NCBI GenBank assembly: GCA_038128265.1
Contig: JAYPJE010000001.1
Span: 47,529-68,154, forward strand
Length of the DNA: 20,626 nt
Direction: 5' to 3'
Source of the DNA: Gemmatimonadota bacterium
GTDB lineage: Bacteria; Latescibacterota; UBA2968; UBA8231
The position numbers were made by a program, and so were the translations under genes. The number at the start of each line of letters is the position of its first letter. The stretch's first letter is position 1. The notes under the pieces were generated by a model that saw only the letters and a program-made list of their open reading frames with translations, searched no databases and had not been told where the DNA came from. This document shows, in pieces, positions 1 through 8,570 of the stretch.

Positions 1-28
1 GAAGAGAGGCGGCGGGGTAGGTGGGCTC

Positions 29-1165
29 TCAGAGCACGGCAACGCGCTTTTTCTCAAAGTAAGGTCGATCCCACTCGGCTCCCCAGCCGGGTGCGTGTGG
101 AGGTGTGATTGCCCCTTTGGTGGGCAGCGGGGGGTTGAGCAAGCCAATTTCTCGGCCTATTTCGTCGCGGCTGCCGCCGGGAAAGTATTCGTAGTAGCGG
201 GTATTGTCGATGGCGCAGACGAGATGGGCATGCACGAGTCCGAACAGGCCGCCGGGTCCGTTAAATTCAATGGTTGTATGTTGGCGTTGGGCACAGTCGG
301 CCAGATGCAGAGCAGCCGTCGTGCCGTGGCGCGCGTTGGCGCGCAGCACGTCCGTCGCGCCCAACGCTAGCCACAGCGCGCTCAGTTCCAATTCGTGCAT
401 AAGCGTTTCGGGGGCGAGGATGGGCATATCGAGCGCCGTGCACAGCTGCTGGAGATGCTTTAGGTCGCGGTCGGGCAGCGGCTCCTCAAACCAGATAAAG
501 TCGAGCTCTTCTAGTGCACGACCAACGTAGAGCGCCTCTTCAAATGTGTAGGGGGCGCTGGCCGCATCGTGAAAGAGCGGGACGTCGCCGACCGCCTGAC
601 GCACGGCCTGCGCGTTGGCAACGTTTTCTTCGGCCGTTGCATGCCAGTGGTCTTTGAGCGCCGTAAAACCCATGTCGAGTGCTCTGTGTGCATCGTCAAC
701 GGCTGCTTCGGCGCTGGAAGAATTGAAGTTGTAGTAGGCGGGACATGCGCTGCGCTTGCGGCCTATGAGCTCGCATACGGGTGCATTGGCCGCTTTGCCG
801 GCGATATCCCACAGGCAGTTATCCAATGCGCCGTGCCAACCGGGCAAGGTAAAGATATGGCGAGTGGCAGCGCGCAGCTTGGCATCAAGGCGTTCGCGCT
901 GCAGGGGGTCTTCGCCGACGGTGAGCGCGCGCAGGTGTTCGAGGTCGCGCGTGCGCATAGCCGTGTAGCGCGCATCACCCACCGTGCACATTCCCTCAAT
1001 GCCCTCGTCGGTGACTACGTGCAAGACGTGTACCGTATCGGGTTGGTGACTGTGCGCCTGCTGCTGCCAGCGCGTGCGCGCCCCGTAGGGCACTTCCCGC
1101 ATGGCACAGATAGCGGTGTTAGTCGGTAGCTCAAAAACAGAAATGGCAACGGCGTCGATTTTCAT
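29..1165 (-). CDS. Enolase-superfamily enzyme, mandelate racemase-like subgroup (probable acid-sugar dehydratase/racemase, substrate unknown)
   Basis: 378 aa. Capping-domain motifs (VVTDEGIEG, ALDNCLWDIAGKAANAPVCELIG), metal ligands in HDA, WFEEP and APE, C-terminal PHAPGWG. ATG overlaps the upstream stop (ATGA, 1162-1165). Confidence 0.9.
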   Translation of the reverse strand: MKIDAVAISVFELPTNTAICAMREVPYGARTRWQQQAHSHQPDTVHVLHVVTDEGIEGMCTVGDARYTAMRTRDLEHLRALTVGEDPLQRERLDAKLRAATRHIFTLPGWHGALDNCLWDIAGKAANAPVCELIGRKRSACPAYYNFNSSSAEAAVDDAHRALDMGFTALKDHWHATAEENVANAQAVRQAVGDVPLFHDAASAPYTFEEALYVGRALEELDFIWFEEPLPDRDLKHLQQLCTALDMPILAPETLMHELELSALWLALGATDVLRANARHGTTAALHLADCAQRQHTTIEFNGPGGLFGLVHAHLVCAIDNTRYYEYFPGGSRDEIGREIGLLNPPLPTKGAITPPHAPGWGAEWDRPYFEKKRVAVL

Positions 1166-2052
1166 ACCAGCGATCGCGCGCGCTCCACTTCGCCTAATAG
1201 GGGACAGTAGGTCGGGTCGGCGTAGTTTGGCTGCCCGTCGGCACCGCGCGTCAGCTCGTCATTAGGATGGGCCAAGAGCTGCGTACCATCGTACACCTCT
1301 CTGTAGCTATTGGCTGCCGGCTGCATGTGAAAGGCGATAGAGCGCCGCGGCTGTTGGGTGTAGTTGGGTCCGCTGCCGTGAATGGTGCGACAGTGGTGAA
1401 ACGTCACTTGGCCGCGCTGCAGGATAGCCGGAACTTTGACAACCGGTGAGCCGCCGCTGTTGAACTGTTTTTCGAGTCCGTCGAGGTCGGACGAAAAAAA
1501 GTTTAAGTGGTTATTTTCCGGCCAGTGGGGACTGCCCTCTACAAACGTTATAGTGCCGATCTGTTCGTCCATATCGGTCAACGGCACCCAAGCGGTGAGC
1601 ATGTTATCGGCGCTACAGGTGCGCCAGTATCCGTAGTCGGTATGCCAGCCAACGCTCTGGGGTGCGTCGTCGCTCGAGGGTGGTTTATAGAGAAGCTGGT
1701 CGTGCCAAAGGCGCACGTCATCACCGCACAGTAATGCGGCGATGAGCCCAAGTGCGGGTTTGCGCAGCAGCGCGTTTAATTCGGGTACGACGAGCGTCGA
1801 ATAGTCGTTTTTGCGCAGGCGCTCCGGTCCGTCACCCGGGTGCCAAGCCAGTGAATAGGTTCGTCCGTTGGGCAGAGCTATTTCGCGTCCCTGTAACTCG
1901 TCATAGTAACGCTCGCTAGCGGCAATAGCCGCATCCAATTCGGCCTCCGTATAGAGCGGCTTGGAGATGTAGTAGCCGCACTGACGATAGCGCTCGATTT
2001 CTTCTGAGGTGGGCAGCAACTCGGCCAGGTCGTGTAATGCGTTGGCACTCAT
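1162..2052 (-). CDS. Phytanoyl-CoA dioxygenase (PhyH) family Fe(II)/2-oxoglutarate dioxygenase
   Basis: WHTD (HxD), TAWVPLTD, EGSPHW, TIHGSGPN...RRS. Start moved from 2100 to ATG 2052 because of the ATGA overlap with the upstream stop and an upstream GGAG. Confidence 0.9.
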   Translation of the reverse strand: MSANALHDLAELLPTSEEIERYRQCGYYISKPLYTEAELDAAIAASERYYDELQGREIALPNGRTYSLAWHPGDGPERLRKNDYSTLVVPELNALLRKPALGLIAALLCGDDVRLWHDQLLYKPPSSDDAPQSVGWHTDYGYWRTCSADNMLTAWVPLTDMDEQIGTITFVEGSPHWPENNHLNFFSSDLDGLEKQFNSGGSPVVKVPAILQRGQVTFHHCRTIHGSGPNYTQQPRRSIAFHMQPAANSYREVYDGTQLLAHPNDELTRGADGQPNYADPTYCPLLGEVERARSLV

Positions 2053-4259
2053 TCGGCGTATTTCTCCATTAGCTGTGGACCCAGTTCCATTTCGTCCCAT
2101 GCGCCGTAGTCGCGCCAGCCGAAGTCAAATCGAACTTTGGGTATCTCGAACTCAAAAAACCAGCGGATGCTCATCGGAAAGCGCTCTTCGCCCCAGTAGC
2201 AGTAGAATAGAGCGCAGCGACCGGGTGCCGTATCGACAATGCCAATCGGCGTCAGGTCGGCAAAGCGCTCGGGGTTTTCCTCGCGCCGCAGGTAGCGTTC
2301 GAGCTGCTGCAAGTGGACGTCTGCGGCACTGCCTGCCGCAGGACGCACGCGCAGCGCACCATCGTCGTTCCAAGCGGCCAGGTCGGTTGCGGGTGGGATG
2401 CCTTCGGGGTGTTCTAGGTAGATGGGTGTGGTCCAGGCGTACTCGCCGTCTACCTGCTGTAGGCGAAAGTAGAGCCAGGTGCCGGGTAGTTCGGACGGCT
2501 GCAGCGATAGGTCGATGGAGCAATCGAGCGCACCGGGACGCCAACTGCGCAGGCGATAGCGTCCGCAGATTAAGTCGATGCGCTCAATGGTTTCGCATGC
2601 GTGGGCGGCAAAGGTGACGCGCAGCGCTTCGCGCACTGGAATCTGCGCTCCCATGGGCTGGTTGTTGGCGCTGACGTCGAGGTAGATGCGCGCGCCCGAC
2701 GTAGCGTACGTGCGCCGCGTCTCGAGCGCGTGCCACAGGTAGTCGCGCGAAAGTTCCGACGAGCAGATAGCCGTCAGGGGCCCCGTCCCATAGGCCGAGT
2801 CGCGCTGGCGCATGGGATATTTTTGGCCAAAGCGTCCGCGAAAAGTTTCAACGGCGCGCGGCCCGCCCATTAGGCCGAGGTGCAGGTCGGATGCGCCGCA
2901 CAGCGCGGGGCGATAGCCCAGCTGCAGCGCCTTTTGCAGCAGCCACTCGGCATTGCCGAACCCCGAGCTGATTTCCAGCAGGCGCTCGCGCCGCGGTCGA
3001 TGTAGGTCCCAGCGGGGCGGGTCGCCGCCGATATGCACCTGTAACATGACGTCGTCGCGTTGGTCGTACAGCTCTTCCAACTGCGGTAGCGGCAGGCGCA
3101 TAGATGGCGGAGTCGGCTCTTCGTAGTGTTTAAAGATCACTTGCCGATCGCCCTCCTGAGGATGGGCTTCATAGGCCAGGAAGGGCACGTAGCGGCCGGG
3201 CTCATCCATCTCCTCGCAGGCGTCGCGATAGGGCCGCCATACGACGTCGCGCTTTTCCGGGTCCATCGACATGGAAGCCGGACAGGAAAAGTCGAGGCGC
3301 CCGACGTCGCGCGCTTGGCGATGGCGGCTCAGCGGCGTCAGCTTGGGCGACGGCAGGTGCATCAGGTGCATAGTTGAATCGCCCCAGCCGTGCGCGTGCA
3401 CGTCGCCCCAGTAAATTCGCACGCGCGGGTTTTCTTGGACGACGATGGGGTTGCTGCGAAAAGTGCCCGCTTCGCTCGAGCCCAATATGCGGTAGATGCC
3501 GGGTGCGTCGATTTGCACCTTCTCGAATAGTTTTAAACCACCGTCAGAGCGAGAAAAGGAGTGGCTGTCTGGCAAACCCCAAACGTGTTCCGGCGGGACA
3601 AAATCAATCTGTCCCTCGTAGTCTTCGAGGAGATTGCGGTTGCGGTCAAAGGCCCCTAGGTGCAGGCGGAACGGTTCGCCGGGAGCTACCACCGTGGGCG
3701 CGAGGAGGCGCACGTGGCGCAGCACGGGGTGATGGACGATGTGCAGCGAGTGCGGATTGCTGGCGATGCCGGTGAAGAGCTCCTCGTTGGCCGGGGCGAC
3801 GGCGAGGAGGAATTGGGCCTCGGTTGCCGACCAGAACACCTCACTGCCGACGCTGCCTCGGCTGCGGTCGCCGATGCGCAGAACGATGTCCTCGCCTTTG
3901 CGCAGGATACCCGATCGCACGCAAATAGTCAATAAATTGACCGAGCTGTGCCCCAAACAGAGTTCGAGCTCGGCACCGCTTGTCGTGCTGAGGGTGCAAT
4001 AATCGCGGCCGCGCGGTGCGGCTGTTTGTAGAGCAAAGGCGATTTGCGCATCAAAGCGCACGAGGGCAATGGCAGCGCCGGCGGTCAGATCGCATTCGCG
4101 ATTGGCTATGTGGAGCACCCACGTTCCGCGCGTGCCGCTGACCAGCGGCTGGCTCAGTGCGTCGATGCGCTCGCCGGTCAGCGTCTCGAAATGGACGTCC
4201 ATATGGAAGGCTAGGCGACCGTGGGTGTAGTGGTGCGGAAAGGCGGTGCGGCGTTGCAC
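2049..4259 (-). CDS. PHP-like metallohydrolase (DUF3604 / CehA-McbA-like) with N-terminal beta-rich domains and a C-terminal extension
   Basis: YWGDVHAH (HxH), AYE...GDRQV, GASDLH (DxH), ALETRRTYATSGARI, AWTTPIY. Likely start is GTG 4259 with AGGAG 7 nt upstream (ORF track start 4379). Confidence 0.8.
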   Translation of the reverse strand: MQRRTAFPHHYTHGRLAFHMDVHFETLTGERIDALSQPLVSGTRGTWVLHIANRECDLTAGAAIALVRFDAQIAFALQTAAPRGRDYCTLSTTSGAELELCLGHSSVNLLTICVRSGILRKGEDIVLRIGDRSRGSVGSEVFWSATEAQFLLAVAPANEELFTGIASNPHSLHIVHHPVLRHVRLLAPTVVAPGEPFRLHLGAFDRNRNLLEDYEGQIDFVPPEHVWGLPDSHSFSRSDGGLKLFEKVQIDAPGIYRILGSSEAGTFRSNPIVVQENPRVRIYWGDVHAHGWGDSTMHLMHLPSPKLTPLSRHRQARDVGRLDFSCPASMSMDPEKRDVVWRPYRDACEEMDEPGRYVPFLAYEAHPQEGDRQVIFKHYEEPTPPSMRLPLPQLEELYDQRDDVMLQVHIGGDPPRWDLHRPRRERLLEISSGFGNAEWLLQKALQLGYRPALCGASDLHLGLMGGPRAVETFRGRFGQKYPMRQRDSAYGTGPLTAICSSELSRDYLWHALETRRTYATSGARIYLDVSANNQPMGAQIPVREALRVTFAAHACETIERIDLICGRYRLRSWRPGALDCSIDLSLQPSELPGTWLYFRLQQVDGEYAWTTPIYLEHPEGIPPATDLAAWNDDGALRVRPAAGSAADVHLQQLERYLRREENPERFADLTPIGIVDTAPGRCALFYCYWGEERFPMSIRWFFEFEIPKVRFDFGWRDYGAWDEMELGPQLMEKYAE

Positions 4260-4286
4260 GTGGAATGCTCCTGCGGAAAATAGGCG

Positions 4287-4316
4287 TTCGTAGTCGTTGA
4301 TAAGCGGGTGTGTCAA
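4287..4316 (-). promoter_or_regulatory. Possible sigma70 promoter for the hydrolase-PhyH-enolase operon
   Basis: Perfect TTGACA at 4316-4311 on the minus strand; only a weak -10 (TACGAA) 18 nt downstream. Confidence 0.35.
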
Positions 4317-4415
4317 GTGCTCTGCGGGGCGTATATGCACGCAGAGCTTAATTGAATATATAGATCGGTCTGGAGTCAACCACTGTTCGGAACAGACGGC
4401 TTTAAAAGGGTGACT

Positions 4416-5246
4416 TCAGAGAGTTGCGCCACAGTGCTTGCAGAATGTGGCATCGCTGTCGTGGCCCTCTGCGCTGCACTGTGGGCAGCTCTGCGTGCTT
4501 ACGGTCAGACGCTGGTAGTTTCTCACGGCCCACTCGGCCGTGACGATTCCCGTGGGGACGGCGAGTATGGCATAGCCGGTAATCATTAGCAGGGCTGATA
4601 GAGTCTGGCCGATACTGGTTTGCGGGGAGATATCCCCGTAGCCGACAGTCGTTACGGTAACGATGGCCCAATAAATGCTGCGTGGAATGCTGGTAAAACC
4701 GTTTCCGCCGCCTTCAATGATATACATCGCTGCGCCAATAATGACGACAATATTGAGCACGGTGAAGAGAAATACGGTGATCTTGCGGTGGCTGTCCTGC
4801 AGCGCATGCTTCAGGTGTCGCGCTTCGTCTATATACTGCGCGAGCTTGAAGATGCGGAAGATGCGCAGCACGCGCAGGATGCGAATGACTAGCAGATACT
4901 GCGTTCCGGGCAGGAAGAGGCTGAGGTACGTGGGAATGATGGAGAGAAAGTCGACGATGCCGTAGAAACTCAATGCATAATGCCGAGGGCGTCCGACGCT
5001 AAAGAGGCGAAGGAGGTACTCTGCGGTGAACAGCACGGTGAAAAACCACTCGGTTACAAACAGCGCTGCGCCGTATCGCTCGCGAAATTCCTGGATGCTA
5101 TCGAGCATCACGACTATAATACTGAGCGCAATGCTGGCGATGAGCACTATGTCAAAGGCCTTGCCCGCAGGCGTATCGGCTTCAAAGATGATTTCGTGCA
5201 GGCGGTGGCGCCAGGTGAGATTGCTTTTATTCGGAGGGTGGCTCAT
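4416..5246 (-). CDS. Voltage-gated potassium channel (6TM ion transporter) with C-terminal zinc ribbon
   Basis: Six hydrophobic segments, Arg-rich S4 IRILRVLRIFRIFK, selectivity filter TTVGYGD, C-terminal CPQC...CKHC. Confidence 0.93.
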   Translation of the reverse strand: MSHPPNKSNLTWRHRLHEIIFEADTPAGKAFDIVLIASIALSIIVVMLDSIQEFRERYGAALFVTEWFFTVLFTAEYLLRLFSVGRPRHYALSFYGIVDFLSIIPTYLSLFLPGTQYLLVIRILRVLRIFRIFKLAQYIDEARHLKHALQDSHRKITVFLFTVLNIVVIIGAAMYIIEGGGNGFTSIPRSIYWAIVTVTTVGYGDISPQTSIGQTLSALLMITGYAILAVPTGIVTAEWAVRNYQRLTVSTQSCPQCSAEGHDSDATFCKHCGATL

Positions 5247-5327
5247 GGTATATGTGGTATAAAGATATCAAAGATGGCCGCCGTTGTGAATGCGAAAAGT
5301 TGCAATACATCGCGAAAGGAATGCGAG

Positions 5328-6143
5328 ATGATAGAGTTGGCTACGATGAGCAGCGTGTGCCCGGACTGGTCGCTGGACGAAATTATCGAGGCGATGAAGC
5401 GCCATGGCTATAGGGGATTAGAGCCGCGAGTCGAATGGGGGCACGCCTGTGGTATAGAAGCGGATTTGAGCGCCGATGCACGGCGGTCCATCCGCCAGCG
5501 CATGGCCGATGAGGGATTGGATATTTGCTGCATTGCGACCGGTGTGCGCATGGCTGAGCCCGACGAAACGGCGCGCGCACAGCACGTGGAAGATCTGAAG
5601 AAATACATCGATTTGGCCGCGGACCTGGGCTGTGGCCTCGTGCGGACGTTTGGCGGCCAGCGCGCGCGCGATCGCGAGTGGCAGCTCGTCGTCGATTATG
5701 TCGCAGAGGGCTATAGGCAAATCGTCGACCTAGCGGCGGCGCGCGGCGTCGTCGTCCTAATGGAGACGCACGACGAGTGGTGCTGTTCGGCGCCCGTGCG
5801 CGCCGTCGTCGAGCAGGTAGACCACGAATATGTGAAGGTGCTGTGGGATTTTATGCATACGCAGCGGATGCTCGAAAAACCGCAGGAAAGCGCCGCGGTT
5901 ATCGGAGGGCACGTGCGCCATCTGCACGCGCACGACGGTCAGTATGCACATGGGCGCATACAGGTGGGAGCACTCGGCGAGGGTGTTATCGACCACCTAG
6001 AACCGCTGCAGTTGCTAAGCAGTGCCGGATTCTCGGGCTACTTTTCCGTTGAGGTAATTCACAAACCCGGCGGTGGGGGTGATGCCGAGGGCGTGATGGC
6101 ACAGTACGCAGAGCGCTTTCGCCAGATGGTGTCTTTGCTGTAG
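5328..6143 (+). CDS. Sugar phosphate isomerase/epimerase family TIM-barrel protein (AP endonuclease 2 / xylose isomerase-like)
   Basis: GYRGLE, IDLAADLG, metal ligands in ETHD, WDFMH, HAHD and SVE. Start ATG 5328 follows AAGGA; the longer ORF from 4980 overlaps the K+ channel. Confidence 0.88.
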   Translation: MIELATMSSVCPDWSLDEIIEAMKRHGYRGLEPRVEWGHACGIEADLSADARRSIRQRMADEGLDICCIATGVRMAEPDETARAQHVEDLKKYIDLAADLGCGLVRTFGGQRARDREWQLVVDYVAEGYRQIVDLAAARGVVVLMETHDEWCCSAPVRAVVEQVDHEYVKVLWDFMHTQRMLEKPQESAAVIGGHVRHLHAHDGQYAHGRIQVGALGEGVIDHLEPLQLLSSAGFSGYFSVEVIHKPGGGGDAEGVMAQYAERFRQMVSLL

Positions 6144-6149
6144 AGTCGC

Positions 6150-6173
6150 AGGCACTTTGCGGCGAAGGTGCTT
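6150..6173. terminator. Possible stem-loop between convergent genes
   Basis: AGGCACTTT-GCGGCG-AAGGTGCTT can form a 9-bp stem with two G-U pairs; no U-tract. Confidence 0.3.
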
Positions 6174-7116
6174 ACGGCGCGTCTAGTCCCCGCCGGAAAG
6201 CGACGAATTCCTCGGGTAGGTCTGCCGTGAAGTGCATGTGCTTGCCGGTGGTCGGGTGTTCGAGGTCGAGCTGGTTGGCATGCAGCATCATGCGCGCAGC
6301 GCGCTGGGCTTTAGCGCGCGGCTCGCCGTACACCGGCTCGCCGACGATGGGGCAACCGATATGGGCCATGTGGATGCGAATCTGGTGCGTGCGCCCGGTT
6401 TCCAAGCGGATCTTTAGCTCGCTAACGCTGTCAAAGCGCTGGACGACTTCAAAGTGCGTGATCGCGTGCTTGCCGGGTAGATGGTCGGCAACGACGGCGC
6501 GGCGTCCATCTGAGGCGCGACCGATGCGCCCCGTCAGGGTATCTCGATCGCGCTGCGGTCCACCCACTACAATGCATCGGTAGCGCCGACGCGCGCCGTG
6601 TTTGGCAAATTGCACGGCAAGCATTTTTTGGGCGCGGCGATTGCGCGAAAAGCACAGACAGCCGCTCGTTTCCTTGTCGAGGCGATGTATATAGCCGGTA
6701 AACGGTCGTTTGTCGCCTTGGGCGCGCAGCCAGCGGCGTAGATATTCGCTGACGGCGCCGCGCTCGCCCTTTTGCGTCGGCGCGGACAGCACGCCGGCGG
6801 CCTTGTCTATTACGACGATGTCTTCGTCGCAGTAGAGCACGCGAAAGGGCAACTCCCCTTCTGGTGGAGCAAAGCGCGCTAGCTGGTACTGCTTGTCGAT
6901 GCCCTGGCGGAAATCGCAGCGAATGGCTGCGTTTAGTGTGGGCACGTGCTGAGGGTCGCTGCAAATAGTTCCATTGACGGAAACCAGAGAAGCCTGCACC
7001 GCTTTGCGCGCCATGCTGCGACTCAGGTCGGGCACGTGCTCGGCGAGCAGGGCAAAGAGCGGCTGCGATGCGTCTGATTGGAGCTCGTGTAGCCTGTAGA
7101 GTTCGGTTTTGCTCAC
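6172..7116 (-). CDS. RluA/RluD-family 23S rRNA pseudouridine synthase with N-terminal S4-like domain
   Basis: SRS...VSVNG (S4), VIDKAAG, catalytic HRLDKETSG, LETGRTHQIRIH, MMLHA. GTG start overlaps the upstream stop (GTGA, 7113-7116). Confidence 0.93.
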   Translation of the reverse strand: MSKTELYRLHELQSDASQPLFALLAEHVPDLSRSMARKAVQASLVSVNGTICSDPQHVPTLNAAIRCDFRQGIDKQYQLARFAPPEGELPFRVLYCDEDIVVIDKAAGVLSAPTQKGERGAVSEYLRRWLRAQGDKRPFTGYIHRLDKETSGCLCFSRNRRAQKMLAVQFAKHGARRRYRCIVVGGPQRDRDTLTGRIGRASDGRRAVVADHLPGKHAITHFEVVQRFDSVSELKIRLETGRTHQIRIHMAHIGCPIVGEPVYGEPRAKAQRAARMMLHANQLDLEHPTTGKHMHFTADLPEEFVAFRRGLDAP

Positions 7117-7949
7117 GAAGCCGCTCGCTCTGCGCTCGTTTTGAAGCGCACCGGAGAAGGTACCGAAGCCCCCGCATTGGCCAGGGGATCGACGCCGCGC
7201 AGCATGTGGCCCTGGCCGCGCGAGACGTGTGTGTCTACGTCGGGTAGGTCTTCGGGGTTGCGCATTTGCACCAGCAGCGTAGTGCGCGGCTCTTGGCTGG
7301 TATTGAGACCCGAACCGTGAATGGTTAGATAGCTGAAAAAGAGCACGTCGCCTGCCTCGGCCGGGCAGGGCGTGGCTTCGGCGACCGGATAGCGTTCGGT
7401 TGGTAGGTGATGTCCTCCCTCGCGCAGGTGGTCGAGCACTCCCAGTTTGTGAGAGCCCGGTATGACGCGCACGCAGCCCTTTTCGAGCGGAGCGTCGTCA
7501 AAGTGGACAATGGCCGCCATCATTGAGTGGGCTTCGTGCGGGAAATACGGTGCGTCCTGATGCATGGGAAAGGGCGCGCCCTTCTCCGGTGGTTTAATAA
7601 ACATTTTGGTGTGGTGCAGCTGCACGTTGTCACCCACTATATCGGCGGCGCGGTCCGTTAGGCGGGGATCGACGATGAGGCGTGCAAAGGCCGAAGAGTG
7701 AAACTGCACGTTGTGGCAGTGCAACAACTCGCGCGGCATATCCGTTACTTTGGCACCGCTGCCCCAGCCTTGATTCACGACGTCGTCGGCTTGAGCGGCT
7801 AGCAGACGCCGGGCGATGGCGTGTGCTTCGCCGCAAAAAAATGCGGATTCTTCTTTGCTAAATACCCCCTTGATGAGCACGTAGCCATTCTCTCTATAGT
7901 GTTCTTTTTCGCTGGACGTCAGGGCGTATTCCCTGTGCGGTAGGATCAT
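7113..7949 (-). CDS. Phytanoyl-CoA dioxygenase (PhyH) family Fe(II)/2-oxoglutarate dioxygenase
   Basis: YRENGY, MFIKPP, MHQD (HxD), GCVRVIPGSH, AGDVLFF, TIHGSGLN...RT. Confidence 0.92.
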   Translation of the reverse strand: MILPHREYALTSSEKEHYRENGYVLIKGVFSKEESAFFCGEAHAIARRLLAAQADDVVNQGWGSGAKVTDMPRELLHCHNVQFHSSAFARLIVDPRLTDRAADIVGDNVQLHHTKMFIKPPEKGAPFPMHQDAPYFPHEAHSMMAAIVHFDDAPLEKGCVRVIPGSHKLGVLDHLREGGHHLPTERYPVAEATPCPAEAGDVLFFSYLTIHGSGLNTSQEPRTTLLVQMRNPEDLPDVDTHVSRGQGHMLRGVDPLANAGASVPSPVRFKTSAERAAS

Positions 7950-8090
7950 TGAGGCTGACTCCGGTGGAACGTTTGGGTGTGAATGGATGCGCCGCGCAGG
8001 GCAAACGCACCGCGCTAAAAATAAGCAAAATGCGGGAAATGGGGGAACTGTGCAGTCCGGTATGTAGGACCGTGGGCAGTATGCGTTAGA

Positions 8091-8507
8091 TCAGGGTATC
8101 CGTCTGATCAACCGCTTATCGCCGACCTTGCCCGCGCTGAGGTCATCGGGGACAAACCCCAGTGCCTCGTAGAGGCGCATGTGATGGGGAGCGGTAAAGA
8201 GGTACGCGTGCCGTTGGCCGAGGGAATCGAGCAGCAAGCGGAGCACGTGCGTGGCGATGCCGCGGCGGCGCAGATCGGGGTCGGTCCACACGTCGACGAT
8301 ATAGGCGCTGTTGGCGCGGTCGCATACAGCGCGGGCGGTGCAGACGACGACCCCATTCACGCGAGCTAGGCATACGGCGTGGCTCTTTGCAAATGACTGC
8401 TGCAGCTGCAGGGCGCTTCGCCCGCGGTCGGACCCATCGACGGCAAGGCGCGCTCTGACGGCTTCCCAGCCAACGCCTTCGGCTGTGTTAGAGTAGGTAA
8501 TGTGCAC
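8091..8507 (-). CDS. GNAT family N-acetyltransferase
   Basis: Acetyl-CoA motif A DVWTDPDLRRRGIA and LYEALGF; GTG start. Confidence 0.85.
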   Translation of the reverse strand: MHITYSNTAEGVGWEAVRARLAVDGSDRGRSALQLQQSFAKSHAVCLARVNGVVVCTARAVCDRANSAYIVDVWTDPDLRRRGIATHVLRLLLDSLGQRHAYLFTAPHHMRLYEALGFVPDDLSAGKVGDKRLIRRIP

Positions 8508-8570
8508 GGATACTATATCAGGCGAATGGCGTTTGAAGCGGTGGGCTATATCGCGCGGCGTAGGGTGGCT

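Noticed and set aside
4980..5327. 116-aa N-terminal extension of the isomerase ORF
   Set aside because: Overlaps the K+ channel on the opposite strand; the family-like sequence and RBS begin at ATG 5328.
6449..7177. 242-aa alternative-frame ORF (likewise 2009-2617, 569-1129, 13001-13561, 16599-17102)
   Set aside because: Arg/Ala/Ser-rich, motif-free and nested in well-supported genes; typical of GC-rich DNA.
7990..8050. CAGGGCAAAC resembling the start of a c-di-GMP-I riboswitch
   Set aside because: No GNRA-capped stem or GACGCAAA segment follows, and it is on the strand opposite the flanking genes.
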